Shown here: positions 26,603 to 39,420 of the stretch, piece after piece
Position numbering within the stretch: the stretch's first letter is position 1
Layout: the number at the start of each line of letters is the position of its first letter
Assembly: GCA_964016885.1 (NCBI GenBank)
Contig: OZ024761.1
Span: forward strand, 4,030,001-4,094,000
DNA: 64,000 nucleotides
From: Eledone cirrhosa
Taxonomy: Eukaryota
Direction of reading: 5' to 3'
The notes under the pieces: model-generated
The model's input: the letters and a program-made list of their open reading frames with translations, nothing else
Told to the model about the DNA's origin: nothing
Database searches by the model: none
Translations under genes and position numbers: made by a program

Positions 26603-26802
26603 GATACAGGTTGATACTGAAAATGGGTTATAGTAATGTTTGGCTGCTATTTCTAGCAGTTTTTTAGAGATCACAAAGAACCTCCACGGTGAGCTCAACT
26701 AACCATGATTAGAGAGAGAGAGAGAGATAGGTTTACTATATTTAGTTCATTACATTGTGAGTTCAAATCCTGATAGTTTGAACAAGAAAACAATTATAAA
26801 TC

Positions 26803-27353
26803 GACAAGGGAGCTTAAAAAAGTTCGTGGAAAAAGGACAATTGGAAAAAACAGTTTAAGTTATGTTGTTTATTTTTCAACATAAGCTCCATCTAGGTCAA
26901 TATACTTCTGCAAGTGTTGATACCAGACTTTAAGTCCATCTGTGTAAAACTGAGGGCCATCTGATTTAAACCATGTCACAGCAACATTTTTTACATCTTC
27001 AACTGGGGATCATCTTCAACCTCATCTCTTCCACTTCTAAAACAACTTATCTATTTATAGGTTGTTGATTTCTTTAGGGTATTGTCCCCATAAACTTGCT
27101 CCAGAGTGTCAATGGTTTGGCTGTTCTTCCACCCTAGCTTCACCATGAATTTGATGTTTTGATGGAGGCTACGTTGCTCGAGCATGTGCTGACTTCTGAC
27201 TGGCAGGGCCACGTTACAACATACATTTAAGGGTTCATGTTAGAACATGTAATGACACATTGGTATGGGCATGTACAGGTGTATTGAGGTCAGAATCCCC
27301 GCATATGATTTTTAGCTATGTACTTTTTTCACATGTTTTGAAGACCCCTCGTA
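26803..27353 (-). mobile_element. Degenerate, internally deleted mariner
   Basis: End TACGAGGGGTCTTCAAAA; remnants IKFMVKLGW..TLEQVYGD and FYTDGLKVWYQHLQKYIDLDGAYVEK. Confidence 0.72.
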
Positions 27354-28064
27354 TATTTGTGTTGGTAGACATGTTGTAGTATTGGATTAAATGGCACAGT
27401 ATAAGACTAATGGAAACATTGTTTCCTTGGTCCAATAGATAGTATCAGTAATGGAAACATTGTTTCCTTGGTCCAATAGATGGTTTTAGCAATGTAAAGA
27501 TCAATGGAAACACTAGCATTCTGACCAAGTGCCTAGTTTGAAATACCTTCCTCTTTTCCTCTCCCCAGTATTAGAGGTCCTGAAAAAAGTTTGGGGCATT
27601 GACAGACCTTCATTTTCTGACTAAACAGTTTTTCTTTTAAATTAAAAAAACAAAAAAACAAACCCAAATGATGTTTTGACTCCACTCTTTTAGTAGGAAG
27701 ATAAAAAAAACTGCAACTTATCTGTATATGAAATACTTTCAGAAGATTTGAACTAAAGACCAATGAGATGTTCAATACTGTACCAAGTCAACCAGTTTAC
27801 AGGTGTATAAACTGCTCACACCTATGCAGGTTTAGCTGGTATTCTACATAGTCACACTTCAAAGGAAGTTTCTCAGGTATTTTAATGATAGAGGTCCCAG
27901 TCCTATCATGAACAGGAATATGAAATAAAGTGCCTTGATTAAGACAAAAACATGCCACCTGATCCAAGAATTGAAACCATGGCCTTATGAACCTGAGTCA
28001 AACACTGTAACCTATAGGCCACTGGCCTTCACTAGGTGTGAAGCAACAAGAGTGGACACCTTAC

Positions 28065-28178
28065 CTTTATATTGCCTCTTCGTTTCTGTTCAGCAGAAAT
28101 ATGTGACACACGTCTCTGTTCATTAGGGTGGATACGATTCTGCTTCGGCTTCAAACAGGACACCTTGGATTGCGTCGA
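28065..28178 (-). CDS. MLXIP: Mondo exon with bHLH basic region STQSKVSCLKPKQNRIHPNEQRRVSHISAEQKRRGNIK
   Basis: HISAEQKRR.NIK as in MondoA/ChREBP; AAG/GTAAGG, 114 nt. Confidence 0.93.
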
Positions 28179-28289
28179 CTTTTAAGGAGAAAAACAAAGA
28201 AATATACACACATAGGAATAAGTTAACAATGTTTATCAAAGATGACACCATTGATGGGGTCAACTTTTAAGGAGATATATATATATAAG

Positions 28290-28507
28290 GAACGATCGAC
28301 TTTCGTCAAATCGGACCGATGGAACAATGTTTCCGTTGGTCTTTCCAATTGCTAATACTATCTATCGGTCGCAACTCCAGGTAGAAGGAGCAACGTGAAA
28401 TAAAGAGTCTTGCTCAAGGACATAACGCATTGCCTGGTCCAGGAATCGAACTCACAACCTTACGATTGCGAATCCAATTCTCTAACCACTCAGCCACACG
28501 CCTTCAC
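28290..28507 (-). mobile_element. Second tRNA-SINE family (related copies about 27780-28032, 39690-39860, 40700-40910)
   Basis: GGCGTGTGGCTGAGTGGTTAG A-box, GAGTTCGATTCC B-box, GTCCTTGAGCAAGAC core. Confidence 0.7.
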
Positions 28508-28596
28508 AAGGAGATATATACAGAAATATATAATACAGAAATAAGTTAACAATTTGTATTTGGTGAACTTTGAAGGAGAGAGAGAGAGGAATATAT

Positions 28597-28633
<37 letters not shown>

Positions 28634-29185
28634 TTGGTGCTCTGAAATAGCGATATATATATGAATGTATATATATATATATTTTGCAATACACTGTATG
28701 CTTAATTAAAAGCATTTCGAAGACCTTACGCTGTTGTTTTAGAGTAGTGACAGACTCACTTACTTTAATTTTCAGCAAACAGGGGAGATAAAGCTGACAG
28801 GGCTCTGTTTCGCATTTATTGATGCTTATCAAAGCCAACTACTCCTCCTGTTTGTTGAAATCATGGATGTTTGGTTCTTATAGAATTCTAGTAATAATCA
28901 GGAACTGATTATACAGAGCGGTTGCCGGTCAAGCAGAAATTGAAAATTAGAATTGGTGCTCTGAAATAGCTATATATATATATGAATGTATATACAGTGT
29001 ATTTTGCAATACACTGTATGCTTAATTAAAAGCATTTCGAAGACCTTACGCTATTGTTTTAGATTAGTGACAGTCTCACTTACTTTACTTGACCAGCAAC
29101 CACTCTGTATAATCAGTTCCTGATTATTACTAGAATTCTATAAGAATCAAACATTCATGATTTTCAGCAAACAGGTGGAGTACTT

Positions 29186-29230
29186 AGCTTTGATAAGCAC
29201 CAAAAAGTGCGAAACAAAGCTCTGTCAGCT
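29186..29230 (+). ncRNA. Type I hammerhead-like motif with U3-A8 core, family D (inverted copy 28792-28836)
   Basis: AGCT-TTGATAA-GCAC/GTGC-GAAA-CAAAGCTCT-GTC-AGCT; other copy has GCAT/ATGC. Confidence 0.7.
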
Positions 29231-30277
29231 TTATTGCCCCTGTTTGCTGTAAATTAAAGTAAGTGAGATTGTCACTACTCTAAAACAATAGCGTAAGGTC
29301 TTCGAAATGCTTTTAATTAAGCATACAGTGTATTGAAAAATATATATATACATATTTATAATCTGAACACATTAAAAGTTTAAACAAACAATTTTTACTT
29401 TCGCCCTTTTTTGAGATCTTTGGAAACTCTTTATATCTATTGCATTATTCTCAGAACCACTACACCAGTCTTTAGATGAGTGCAGCTGGAACTACTGCCA
29501 CCCATTGATTTCACAGGATTTTTCTTTTTTTAGATGGCCGTTGACTCTTATGAGTTCTTCCGCCCTTTGTTAGGTTTTGCTGTTTGTGTGTCCAAAATCA
29601 CTGTGTCCAAAATCACGGTGTTCAAAATCACCCCCCTCACGAAGTAAACTTGGTGGGGTTGCAGGTTTAGTCGCCGACGACCTGACCATGCAACAGGTTG
29701 TACTAGGTTACAAGCAGACATTAAACGATGATATATACTTAAATGGGTGCTTAAAAATCATTAAATGAATAAACATTCAATACATGTGGGCAGGGTTTAA
29801 CATTCCTTAACTAAACAGTTTTTTTTTAAATAAAAAAAAGATTCAAGCCCAGAGTAAAGTTTGGTAGATAAATTGCATGTGATTTTTTGCACCTAATTTT
29901 TCCACAACAGCAGTGTCTACAAGGAGAAGACATTTGTCCAATGTGCCATGAAGACAGACACAAGGGTAGATGTCCAGAATTAGTAAACTACGACAGGTTT
30001 TGATCTTCTTAAGCTAAATTACCATATACACTTGAAAATAAGCCATCCCCCATTTATTTTATGTCTGAAAAAATCCAAGCCTCGTTTATAAGCCAAGGCA
30101 GCTTATGTTTAGATGTAACTCTTTAGTAAATATAAGCCTCCCCACCACCACCACCACCACCATTTTACCATCAATTCTTTGGTCACATTCCTCGGTTTAT
30201 ATTCAAGAATAGATGGTAAATGAAGAATGCAGAATGGATCTCAAGAGATGGAAAGAAATGTTTTTACAACCACTTAC

Positions 30278-30381
30278 AAATGAGGACACATCCATGTCTT
30301 GCCCTTGGGGCAGGGAACTGCCCAAACACAGAATTGGATTCTCTGGTTTAGAATTAATTTCATTTTGCAAACTTTGGTTGC
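30278..30381 (-). CDS. MLXIP: Mondo exon GNQSLQNEINSK...MDVSSF
   Basis: Pyrimidine tract + CAG, GTAAGT donor, 104 nt, phase 1 to 0. Confidence 0.75.
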
Positions 30382-30449
30382 CTGGAATTAAAAAGGGGAA
30401 AAAACAAAAAGACTTGCTTTAGCAATGGAATGTGTGTGTGTATATATAT

Positions 30450-31470
30450 ATAGACACAGAGTCACATACATATACACAGAGTCACATACATAGACACAGA
30501 GTCACATACATATACACAGAGTGTCATATACAGACAGACAGTCACATACATAGACACAGAGTCACATACATAGACACAGAGTCACACACATAGACACAGA
30601 GTCACACACATAGACACAGAGTCACATACATATACAGACAGACAGTCACATACATAGACACAGAGTCACATACATATACAGACAGACAGTCACATACATA
30701 GACACAGAGTGTCATATACAGACAGACAGTCACATACATAGACACAGAGTGTCATACATACATAGACACAGAGTGTCATACATATACAGACACAGAGTCA
30801 CAGACATAGACACAGAGTCACATATATAGACACAGAGTCACATACATAGACACAGAGTGTCATACATATACAGACACAGAGTCACATATATAGACACAGA
30901 GTGTCTTATACAGACAGACAGTCACATACTTAGACACAGAGTCACATACATAGACAGACACAGAGTGTCATACATATACAGACACAGAGTCACAGACATA
31001 GACACAGAGTCACATACATAGACACAGAGTGTCATACATATACAGACAGTCACATACATAGACACAGTCACACACAGAGTCACATACATATACACAGAGT
31101 GTCATATACAGACACACAGTCACACACATACATAGAAAGACACAGAGTCACATACATTGACACAACAGACACAGACATATGGAGACAGATACAGAGAGAG
31201 GGACATAGATATTCAATGGGGAGAGAGGGGGGCTACAGAGAGAGAGAGAGAGCTACAGCGGGAGAGAGATAAATAGAGAGAGAGAGACAGAGTGGGAGAG
31301 AGAGAGAGAGCTAGAGGGAGAGAGAGAGAGAGAGAGAGCTACAGAGAGACAGAGGGGGGAGAGAGAGAGAGAGAGAGAGCTACAGAGAGACAGAGGATGA
31401 GAGAGAGTTACAGAGGGAGAGAGGGAGAGAGAGAGCTACAGAGGGAGAGAGAGGGAAAGAGAGAGAGAGG
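30450..31470. repeat. Degenerate about 20-bp array (GACACAGAGTCACATACATA) followed by GA-rich tract
   Basis: Direct reading. Confidence 0.9.
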
Positions 31471-31515
31471 TAGATAAAATGATAGAGATAAGAGATTGCT
31501 GCAGTTTCAACTGAC

Positions 31516-31633
31516 CTTGCTTTGTAGTGGTCAAGGCAGTGGTGTCCTGATGAAATGGTTGGTTCCTGGTTGCAGCTAAGACACTATTGGAGAAGTTAGA
31601 TGCTGTACTGGCCACTTTACTCCCTGAAGGTAC
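31516..31633 (-). CDS. MLXIP: Mondo exon VPSGSKVAS...ALTTTKQ
   Basis: TCTCCAG/GTCAGT, 118 nt, phase 0 to 1. Confidence 0.75.
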
Positions 31634-31727
31634 CTGGAGACACAAAGTAGAACACAATATATACAGGTTTAATTATTGATAATCTTGTTCTTTAAATATA
31701 TATATGTATATATATATATGTATGTAT

Positions 31728-34522
31728 ATCATCATCATCATCATCATCGTTTAACGTCCATATTCCACGTTTGCATGGGTTTGGACGGGAATTTTCCCAC
31801 TTGAGGCAAGATTGGTTGTCTTGCTCGTATAGGACTGTCTGGCGGGTTTTCTACGGCTGGATGCCCTTCCTAACACCAACCATGTTTACAGTGTGGACTG
31901 GGAGGTTTTTACCGTGTTACCTACACGGCCACATTACAGCGTGGACTGTGTTTTTTTTGTCGTGACACCTACACGACCTCATTTGTTTCGGACTGGATGT
32001 TGTGGTACTAACATAACTTTACATTGAAAGGGGTGGTGTGGATGGTGTGGGGGTAGTGGGACGGGGGTGTATTTTTGTTAGAGGTGCCTACTGACTGTAG
32101 GTTTCGCTTTGCACTTAGGCAAGGCGGGTCTTCTGTATTACTGCATAGTGCCAAAAAATCTCGGTCCAGTGACATTGTCTTGGAGAGTGTGTGAGGTCGG
32201 AATTTATCAAGTCGTCCCAGGTTTTTCTGGGTCTGCCTACTCCGTGGCTACCGTCTATTTTGATTGCCCTGCACACAGCTGTCGTCTTTCATGCGCATCA
32301 CATGACCATACCAACGTAGTCTTCTCTCGAGTAAACAGCATCTGATCCCTCTTATTCCTAATTTCTCACTTAGTTCATTTATGCTTTGCCGTTCACGTAT
32401 ATTACTATTACACATCCAACGGATCATGCAAGCTTCGTTCCTCTCCAGTCTGCGTAGATCCTCTGCACACAATGCCCAAGTCTCACTGTCATGTAACATA
32501 GCTGTTCGTATGCAGGCATCATACAGCCTGCCTTTCATTTTTAGGGAGAAACCTTTAGTGGCCAATAGTGGTATAAGCTCTCTGAACTTTTTCCATCCCG
32601 TTCTGACTCTAGCTACAGTACTTTCAGAGCACCCTCCACCATTGCTGATTTTCTGACCCAGGTAACGGAAGGTGTCCACTATTTCTATAGAACCATCTGT
32701 GCAATGGAATGAGCTAGTATTCAGTGGGCACTTGCTGCTACTTATTGCACCTGAGCACCGGCCACATATAAAATCTATATTCTTAGTTAGCTTACCTGTG
32801 ATCCCACTACATCTTTTATGCACCCATACTTTGCATTTGGGACATAAAATGGAGTTTCTGCCTACTCCTTTCCTACACACTGAGCATGGCGATTTCCCAG
32901 ATGGGACCAGTGCCCTATTTTCCTTCCTACATACTAGAACTTTAGTCTCAGACAGGTTAATTTTAAGGCCTTTTGATTCTAGGCCATGCTTCCATGTTTG
33001 GAATTTCTTCTCTAGTTCAGCCATTGATTCGGCTATAAGCGTTAGATCATCAGCGTATATATCTGTTATAGCCTGAAGGACAATTATAAATAGGAGGGGG
33101 CTAAGGACGGAGCCCTGGTGAACACCAACTTTTACACTAAACTCTTCACTATATTTGTTGTTAATTCTAACCTTGCTGACTGTTTCTTTATACATGGCTT
33201 GTATAGCTCTCACAAGCCATTCATCAACATCTAGTTTTCTGTTAGCCCACCAGATAATGGGGCATGGGATTCTGTCAAAGGCTTTCTCCAAGTCAACAAA
33301 AGCTAAGTATAGGGGTTTACTTTTAGCTAGGTACTTCTCCTGTAGTTGTCGTACAATGAAAAGAGCGTCTGTGGTACTTTTGCTTGACACAAACCCAAAC
33401 TGCATTTCATCCAGATCAATTCGCTCTCTAATTAGTTGCGCTATTACTTTTTCTGTGACCTTCATGACCTGGTCAATTAATTTAATACCTCTATAGTTTC
33501 CCCTATCTAGGTCATCTCCTTTACCCTTGTAGCAGTTAATGATGATGCTGCTACGCCAGTCCTTCGGTACGACCCCATTCTGTATGACTTGGTTTACTAT
33601 CCGGGTGACCATAGTGTGTCCCACCGTTCCAGATGCTTTCAGCATTTCAGCAACTATTTCCGAAGGCCCAGCCGCCTTGACTGTCTTCATATCTTTGATT
33701 GCCTTACTTATTATACGACCTTCAACTTGCACTGCTGGTCCTTCTATTGGATCGATGTGGGGGAGACTGTCTTTCTCCCATTTATTCTCATTTAGTAGCC
33801 TTTCGTAGTGACACTTCCAAGCTACCTTCTTATCAGCGTCAGTGATGGCAAGTACACCATCATCATTAAGGACACACTTCTCCCTGACAATATCACGGTT
33901 TTCTTTGACACATTGCCTACCAATTCTGAACACCTCACGTTTTTGGTCCTCGTGTTGTAGAACGTGCTTGAACTTTTTTTCCTCTGCTTCCCTTCTTGCG
34001 AAGCACACTTGTCTGCTAGCTTCCCTCCTGGCCACTTGATAGTCTTCTCTACTTCCCCCATCCCGCCATACTTTCTAAGCCGGCTTTTTGGCCTTGATTG
34101 ACTCCTCCACCACCACGTTACTCTCCTCCTGCCTATAGGCCTGCTCCAGCCACAGATTTAATCTGTTGCCTTCAGCAGGTTAGCTTTCAGGAATTCCCAC
34201 TGTTCCTCTATATTGTACAACTCTAATTGCTCTTCCTTACTGTCAAAAGCATCAAGTAATATGCTTTTAAATTTATTACCGGCTGTGGGGTCCTTTAGCT
34301 TCCATATTTTTCTCCTGAGGATAATCCTCCTCTGTTGTCGGGTACGTCTTGTCCTGACTATGAGGTTGCTAACTATGAGTCTATGTTGGGAGGTGCATTC
34401 TTCATGGGGGAGGGATTTAGTGTTTACAACAGACACTCTGTCACGTCTTCTGGTAAGGATATAATCTATCTGACTGGCGTGTTCCCCTGATCTATAGGTG
34501 ATCAAGTGATTGTCTCGTTCTT

Positions 34523-34524
<2 letters not shown>
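31728..34524 (-). mobile_element. 5'-truncated copy of the same RTE family
   Basis: ORF 32248-34035 closely matches the 3480-5189 protein; 30-bp deletion before YADD; (CAT)n at 31728-31748; TA tracts at both ends. Confidence 0.95.
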
Positions 34525-34558
<34 letters not shown>

Positions 34559-34785
34559 AAATCAAAAGATGGTTAAAAGAGTTCCATGTATTTTATTATG
34601 CGCATTTCAAAAACAAATATCATGGGATGATATTTGCGTTCTCATCAGATAAAATAGGAAGACATGATATGAAGTTTAAAAAACACTTGCGAGCAGTGAA
34701 GTGTTAAATCAACATATGTTGGTTAAATGTTAATTTAACACTTCACTGCTCGCAAGTGTTTTTTAAGCTTCATATCATGTCTCCT

Positions 34786-34856
34786 TATTTTATCTGATGA
34801 GAACGGAAATATCATCCCATGATGATATTTGTTTTTGAAATGCGCATAATAAAATA
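34786..34856 (+). ncRNA. Type I hammerhead-like motif, family E (inverted copy 34589-34656)
   Basis: TATTTTAT-CTGATGA-..AAATATCATC/GATGATATTT..-GAAA, palindrome ATGCGCAT, A, ATAAAATA. Confidence 0.75.
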
Positions 34857-34983
34857 CTTGGAACTCTTTTAACCATCTTTTGATTTTATATTATTTATAC
34901 TCCAGTCCTATAAAGTGTTGAGTGCTACTTATCCGATATTTGCATTGCTTTATTGTACTACAATAAAACTCACCTCCTACATA

Positions 34984-35017
<34 letters not shown>

Positions 35018-35046
35018 TATATGTATGTATGTATATATATATATAT

Positions 35047-35978
35047 GGGTGCTCTGAAAGTACAGTAGCTAGAGTCAGAACTGGTTGGAAAAAATTCAGA
35101 GAGCTTATACCACTATTAGCTGCTAAAGGGTTCTCCCTAAAAATGAAAGGCAGGTTGTATGATGCCTGCATACGAACAGCAATGTTGCATGGCAGTGAGA
35201 CCTGGGCATTGTGTGCAGAGGATATTCGCAGACTGGAGAGGAACGAAGCTTGCATGCTCCGCTGGATGTGTAACAGTAATATACGTGAACGGCAAAGCAT
35301 AAACGAACTAAGGAAAAAATTAGAAATAAGAGGGATCAGATGTTGTTTACTCGAGAGAAGGCTACGTTGGTATGGTCACGTGATGCGCATGAAAGTCGAT
35401 AGCTGTATAACAAAGTGCAGGGCAATAAAGATAGACGGTAACCACGGAATAAGCAGACCTAGAAAAACCTGGGACGAGCTGATAAACTCCGACCTCACAC
35501 ACTTACACCTCTCTAAGACAATGTCACTGGACCGAGACCTTTGGCGGTACTCAGTAACAGAGAAGACCTGCCTTACCTAAATACATAGTAAAACCTACTA
35601 CAGCCAGTAGGCATCTCTAACAAAATACACCCCGTCCCACCACCACCACCCCATCCACACCACCCCGTTCTATGTAAAGTTATGTTGGTGCAGCGCCATC
35701 CAGGCCGAAACAAATGAGATCGTGTAGGTGTCACGACAAAAAAACACACAGTCCACGCTGTAATGTGGCCGTGTAGGCAACACGGTAAAAACCTCCCAGA
35801 CCCACACTGTAAATGTGGTTGGTGTTAGGAAGGGCATCCAACTGTAGAAAACCTGCCAGACAGTCCTATGCGAGCAAGACAATCACTCTTGCCTCAAGTG
35901 GGAATACCCCCGTCCAAAACCATGCAAGCGTGGAACACGGACGTTAAACGTTGATGATGATGATGATGATGATGATGA
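35047..35978 (+). mobile_element. Short 5'-truncated RTE copy (ORF C-terminus, 3' UTR, GAT tail)
   Basis: Near-identical to about 4657-5567; starts and ends in TA tracts. Confidence 0.95.
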
Positions 35979-36004
35979 TATATATATATATATGTTTGTA
36001 TATG

Positions 36005-36390
36005 TCATCATCACCATTTTACGTCCATACTTCCACGCTAGCATGGGTTAGATGGTTTGTCCTGTTGTGGGCCGCGTCAGGTCAGGTGACCATATCTTGC
36101 TCATACAGGAACTGATTCTGGCTTGATTTCTACAGCTGGATGCCCTTCCTAACACCAACCTCATTTACAGTGTGGGCTGGATACTTTTTTGCCGTGACAC
36201 CTCCACGACCACTTTTCAGTGGGAGGGGAGTGGGGGCATATTGTCTATATGCTTCAGCTTGTTCCCGTGGGAAGTCGGGTCTTCTGTATTACTGCCTGGC
36301 GCCAGAGGTCCCAGTCCTGTGTCATCACCTTTGAGAGGTGCAACTGGGTAAGGTCAACTTTTATCACCTCATCCCAGGTCTTCTTGGGTG
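36005..36390 (-). mobile_element. Older RTE-related 3' fragment
   Basis: CATCAT tail, GGATGCCCTTCCTAACACCAACC 3' UTR motif, PKKTWDEVIK remnant. Confidence 0.7.
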
Positions 36391-36771
36391 TGCATAGAGT
36401 GCTTGATTCGGTACCAACACCAGTATTTCACTGTACTACCTACACTATACACACACACACATATATATATAGTAATAATAATAAATGTGAAGACTAAAAT
36501 CCAAAGAGGACTCGATAAGGACAAATATATATCAAATATATAAGAACCCTAGAGCAAATATTTATTAAAATAACAGATTAAAGTTTAAACAAAGAATCGC
36601 TTCTTTCACCCTTAACGGGATCTTCTGAAATATATATATATATCATCATGTTATTAGTAATTTAGTGTTAAAAGCGTGAAAAAATATATATTTCCACGAA
36701 AAAATCGTGGAAATATTTACAATTACTCTTTCTAGCTAGATTTCTACAGCTGGATGCCTTCCTAACACCAA

Positions 36772-37258
36772 CCACATTTACAGTGTGGACTGGGTGCTTT
36801 TTGTTGTGTCTCCTACATGACCACTTTACAGTGTGGACTGGGTGCTTTTTGTTGTGTCTCCTACATGGCCACTTTACAGTGTGGACTGGGTGCTTTTTGT
36901 TGTGTCTCCTACATGGCCACTTTACAGTGTGGACTGGGTGCTTTTTGTTGTGTCTCCTACATGGCCACTTTACAGTGTGGACTGGGTGCTTTTTGTTGTG
37001 TCTCCTACATGGCCACTTTACAGTGTGGACTGGGTGCTTTTTGTTGTGTCTCCTACATGGCCACTTTACAGTGTGGACTGGGTGCTTTTTGTTGTGTCTC
37101 CTACATGGCCACTTTACAGTGTGGACTGGGTGCTTTCTATTGTGACACCTACATGGCCACTTTACAGTGTATACTGGGTGCTTTTTGTTGTGACACCTAC
37201 ATGGCCACTTTACAGTGTGTACTGTGTGCTTTTTGTTGTGACACCTACATACCACTTT
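36772..37258. repeat. 48-bp minisatellite, about 10 units, from RTE 3' UTR-like sequence
   Basis: CCACTTTACAGTGTGGACTGGGTGCTTTTTGTTGTGTCTCCTACATGG; matches 31880-31975. Confidence 0.92.
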
Positions 37259-37575
37259 GTAAATGGTAAAGGGTTAAATAGCCAAATCATACCATATATC
37301 ATCACAGTGACCTCATGACTTCTGATAGAGCTCTTCTTCACCCACTGGGAGTGAGAGAAGAGCTCGAAAACACTCCTTTCAGTGAATCCTGTCAGAAGCA
37401 ACTATCTCAAAATGATCTGGCTGGACCCCTAAGTGAGACCAGCCGAGCTCGTGGATGTTACCCGACAATTTTGCTCAGAGTTCATCTCTGGGTCTCCTGC
37501 CATAAAACCCATCAGGAAATAAGGGCTAAAAAAAAAAAAATTAAACTAATTCTATTTCAAAAATGCTCAACTTAC

Positions 37576-37790
37576 ATTGGTGAGGTTGATAGGAATACTG
37601 GTTGGTATGGCAGAAGGTAATGAGATTGGTGTATGAAGAGTTGAAGAGGTTGGTTCTCTGGCAGGTCTGATGGGAGCAAAGTTGGTGGTGGTGGTGGTGG
37701 AGGTGGTGGAAGTTAAGTTGGCGGGTGTGTTCACACATGACTTCACAAGTGGTTCCTGTTTCACATCTGTCGGTGAACTGTGATATTTAC
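37576..37790 (-). CDS. MLXIP: Mondo exon GKYHSSPTDVKQEP...IPINLTN
   Basis: TTACAG/GTAAGT, 215 nt, phase 1 to 0; VKQE SUMO-consensus-like motif. Confidence 0.82.
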
Positions 37791-37830
37791 CTGTAAGACA
37801 AGACCACAGTTGAGAAAATATAGGTACAGC

Positions 37831-39420
37831 TGGTGGTGGTGGTGGTGGTGGTGTGTGTGTGGGGGGGGGGGGATAATGATGAGGTGGTGGTGGTGGCGGT
37901 GCAGGAGGGTGGAGGCATTGGTGGTGAAGGATGAGTTGGAGGAAGTGGAGGAGGTGGAGGTTAAGAGGTATAGGAGGAGGAGGAGGTGGTGGTGGTGATG
38001 GTGGTGGAGGAGTTGGAGGAGGTGGTGGAGGTGGAATTGGTGGTGGAGAGGTATAGGAGGAGGAGGAGGAGGTGGTGGTGGTGGTGGTGGTGGTGATGGT
38101 GATGGTGGTGGTGGAGGAGTTGGAGGTTGTGGAGGAGTTGGAGGAGGAGTTGGAGGTGGTGGTGGAGGAGGTGGTGGAGGAGGTGGTGATGGTGATGGTG
38201 GTGGTGGAGGAGTTGGTGGAGGTGGTGGTGGTGGAGGAGTTGGTGGAGGTGGTGGAGCAGGAGGAAGTGGTGGTGGTGGTGGTGGTGGAGGAGGTGGTGA
38301 TGGTGATGGTGGTGGTGGAGGAGTTGGAGGTGGTGGTGGAGCAGGAGGAAGTGGTGGAGGTGGTGGTGGTGGAGGAGGTGGTGATGGTGATGGTGGTGGT
38401 GGAGGAGTTGGAGGTGGTGGTGGTGGTGGAGCAGGAGGAAGTGGTGGAGGTGGTGGTGGTGGAGGAGGTGGTGATGGTGGTGGTGGTGGTGGAGGAGGTG
38501 GTGATGGTGATGGTGGTGGTGGAGGAGTTGGTGGAGGTGATGGTGGTGGAGCAGGAGGAAGTGGTGGAGGTGGTGGTGGTGGAGGAGGTGGTGATGGTGG
38601 TGGTGGTGGTGGTGGAGGTGGTGGTGGAGGAGTTGGTGGAGGTGATGGTGGTGGAGCAGGAGGAAGTGGTGGAGGTGGTGGTGGTGGAGGAGTTGGTGGA
38701 GGTGGTGGAGCAGGAGGAAGTGGTGGAGGTGGTGGTGGTGGTGGAGGAGGTGGTGATGGTGATGGTGGTGGTGGAGGAGTTGGAGGTTGTGGAGGAGTTG
38801 GAGGAGGAGTTGGAGGTGGTGGTGGAGGAGGTGGTGGAGGAGGTGGTGATGGTGATGGTGGTGGTGGAGGAGTTGGTGGAGGTGGTGGAGCAGGAGGAAG
38901 TGGTGGTGGTGGTGGTGGTGGAGGAGGTGGTGATGGTGATGGTGGTGGTGGAGGAGTTGGAGGTGGTGGTGGAGCAGGAGGAAGTGATGGTGGTGGTGGT
39001 GGTGGAGGAGGTGGTGATGGTGATGGTGGTGGTGGAGGAGTTGGTGGAGGTGGTGGTGGTGGAGCAGGAGGAAGTGGTGGAGGTGGTGGTGGTGGTGGAG
39101 GAGGTGGTGATGGTGATGGTGGTGGTGGAGGAGTTGGAGGTGGTGGTGGTGGTGGAGCAGGAGGAAGTGGTGGAGGTGGTGGTGGTGGTGGAGGAGTTGG
39201 TGGAGGTGGTGGTGGTGGTGGAGCAGGAGGAAGTGGTGGAGATGGTGGTGGTGGTGGTGGTGGAGGTGGTGATGGTGATGGTGGTGGTGGTGGTGGTGGA
39301 GCAGGAGGAAGTAGTGGAGGTGGTGGTGGTGGTGGTGGAGGAGGTGGTGATGGTGATGGTGGTGGTGGAGGAGCTGGTGGAGGTGGTGGTGGTGGAGCAG
39401 GAGGAAGTGGTGGAGGAGGT
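37831..39420. repeat. (GGT/GGA)n triplet array with internal block duplications
   Basis: Block near 38090-38350 recurs 660 bp later. Confidence 0.95.

Noticed and set aside
28430-28507. tRNA gene
   Set aside because: A/B boxes run into a SINE body present in several degenerate copies; no full cloverleaf
29430-29580. Possible extra Mondo exon (QNLTKGGRTHKSQRPSKKK...)
   Set aside because: No pyrimidine tract, no good donor before the stop, and flanking exons already join in phase
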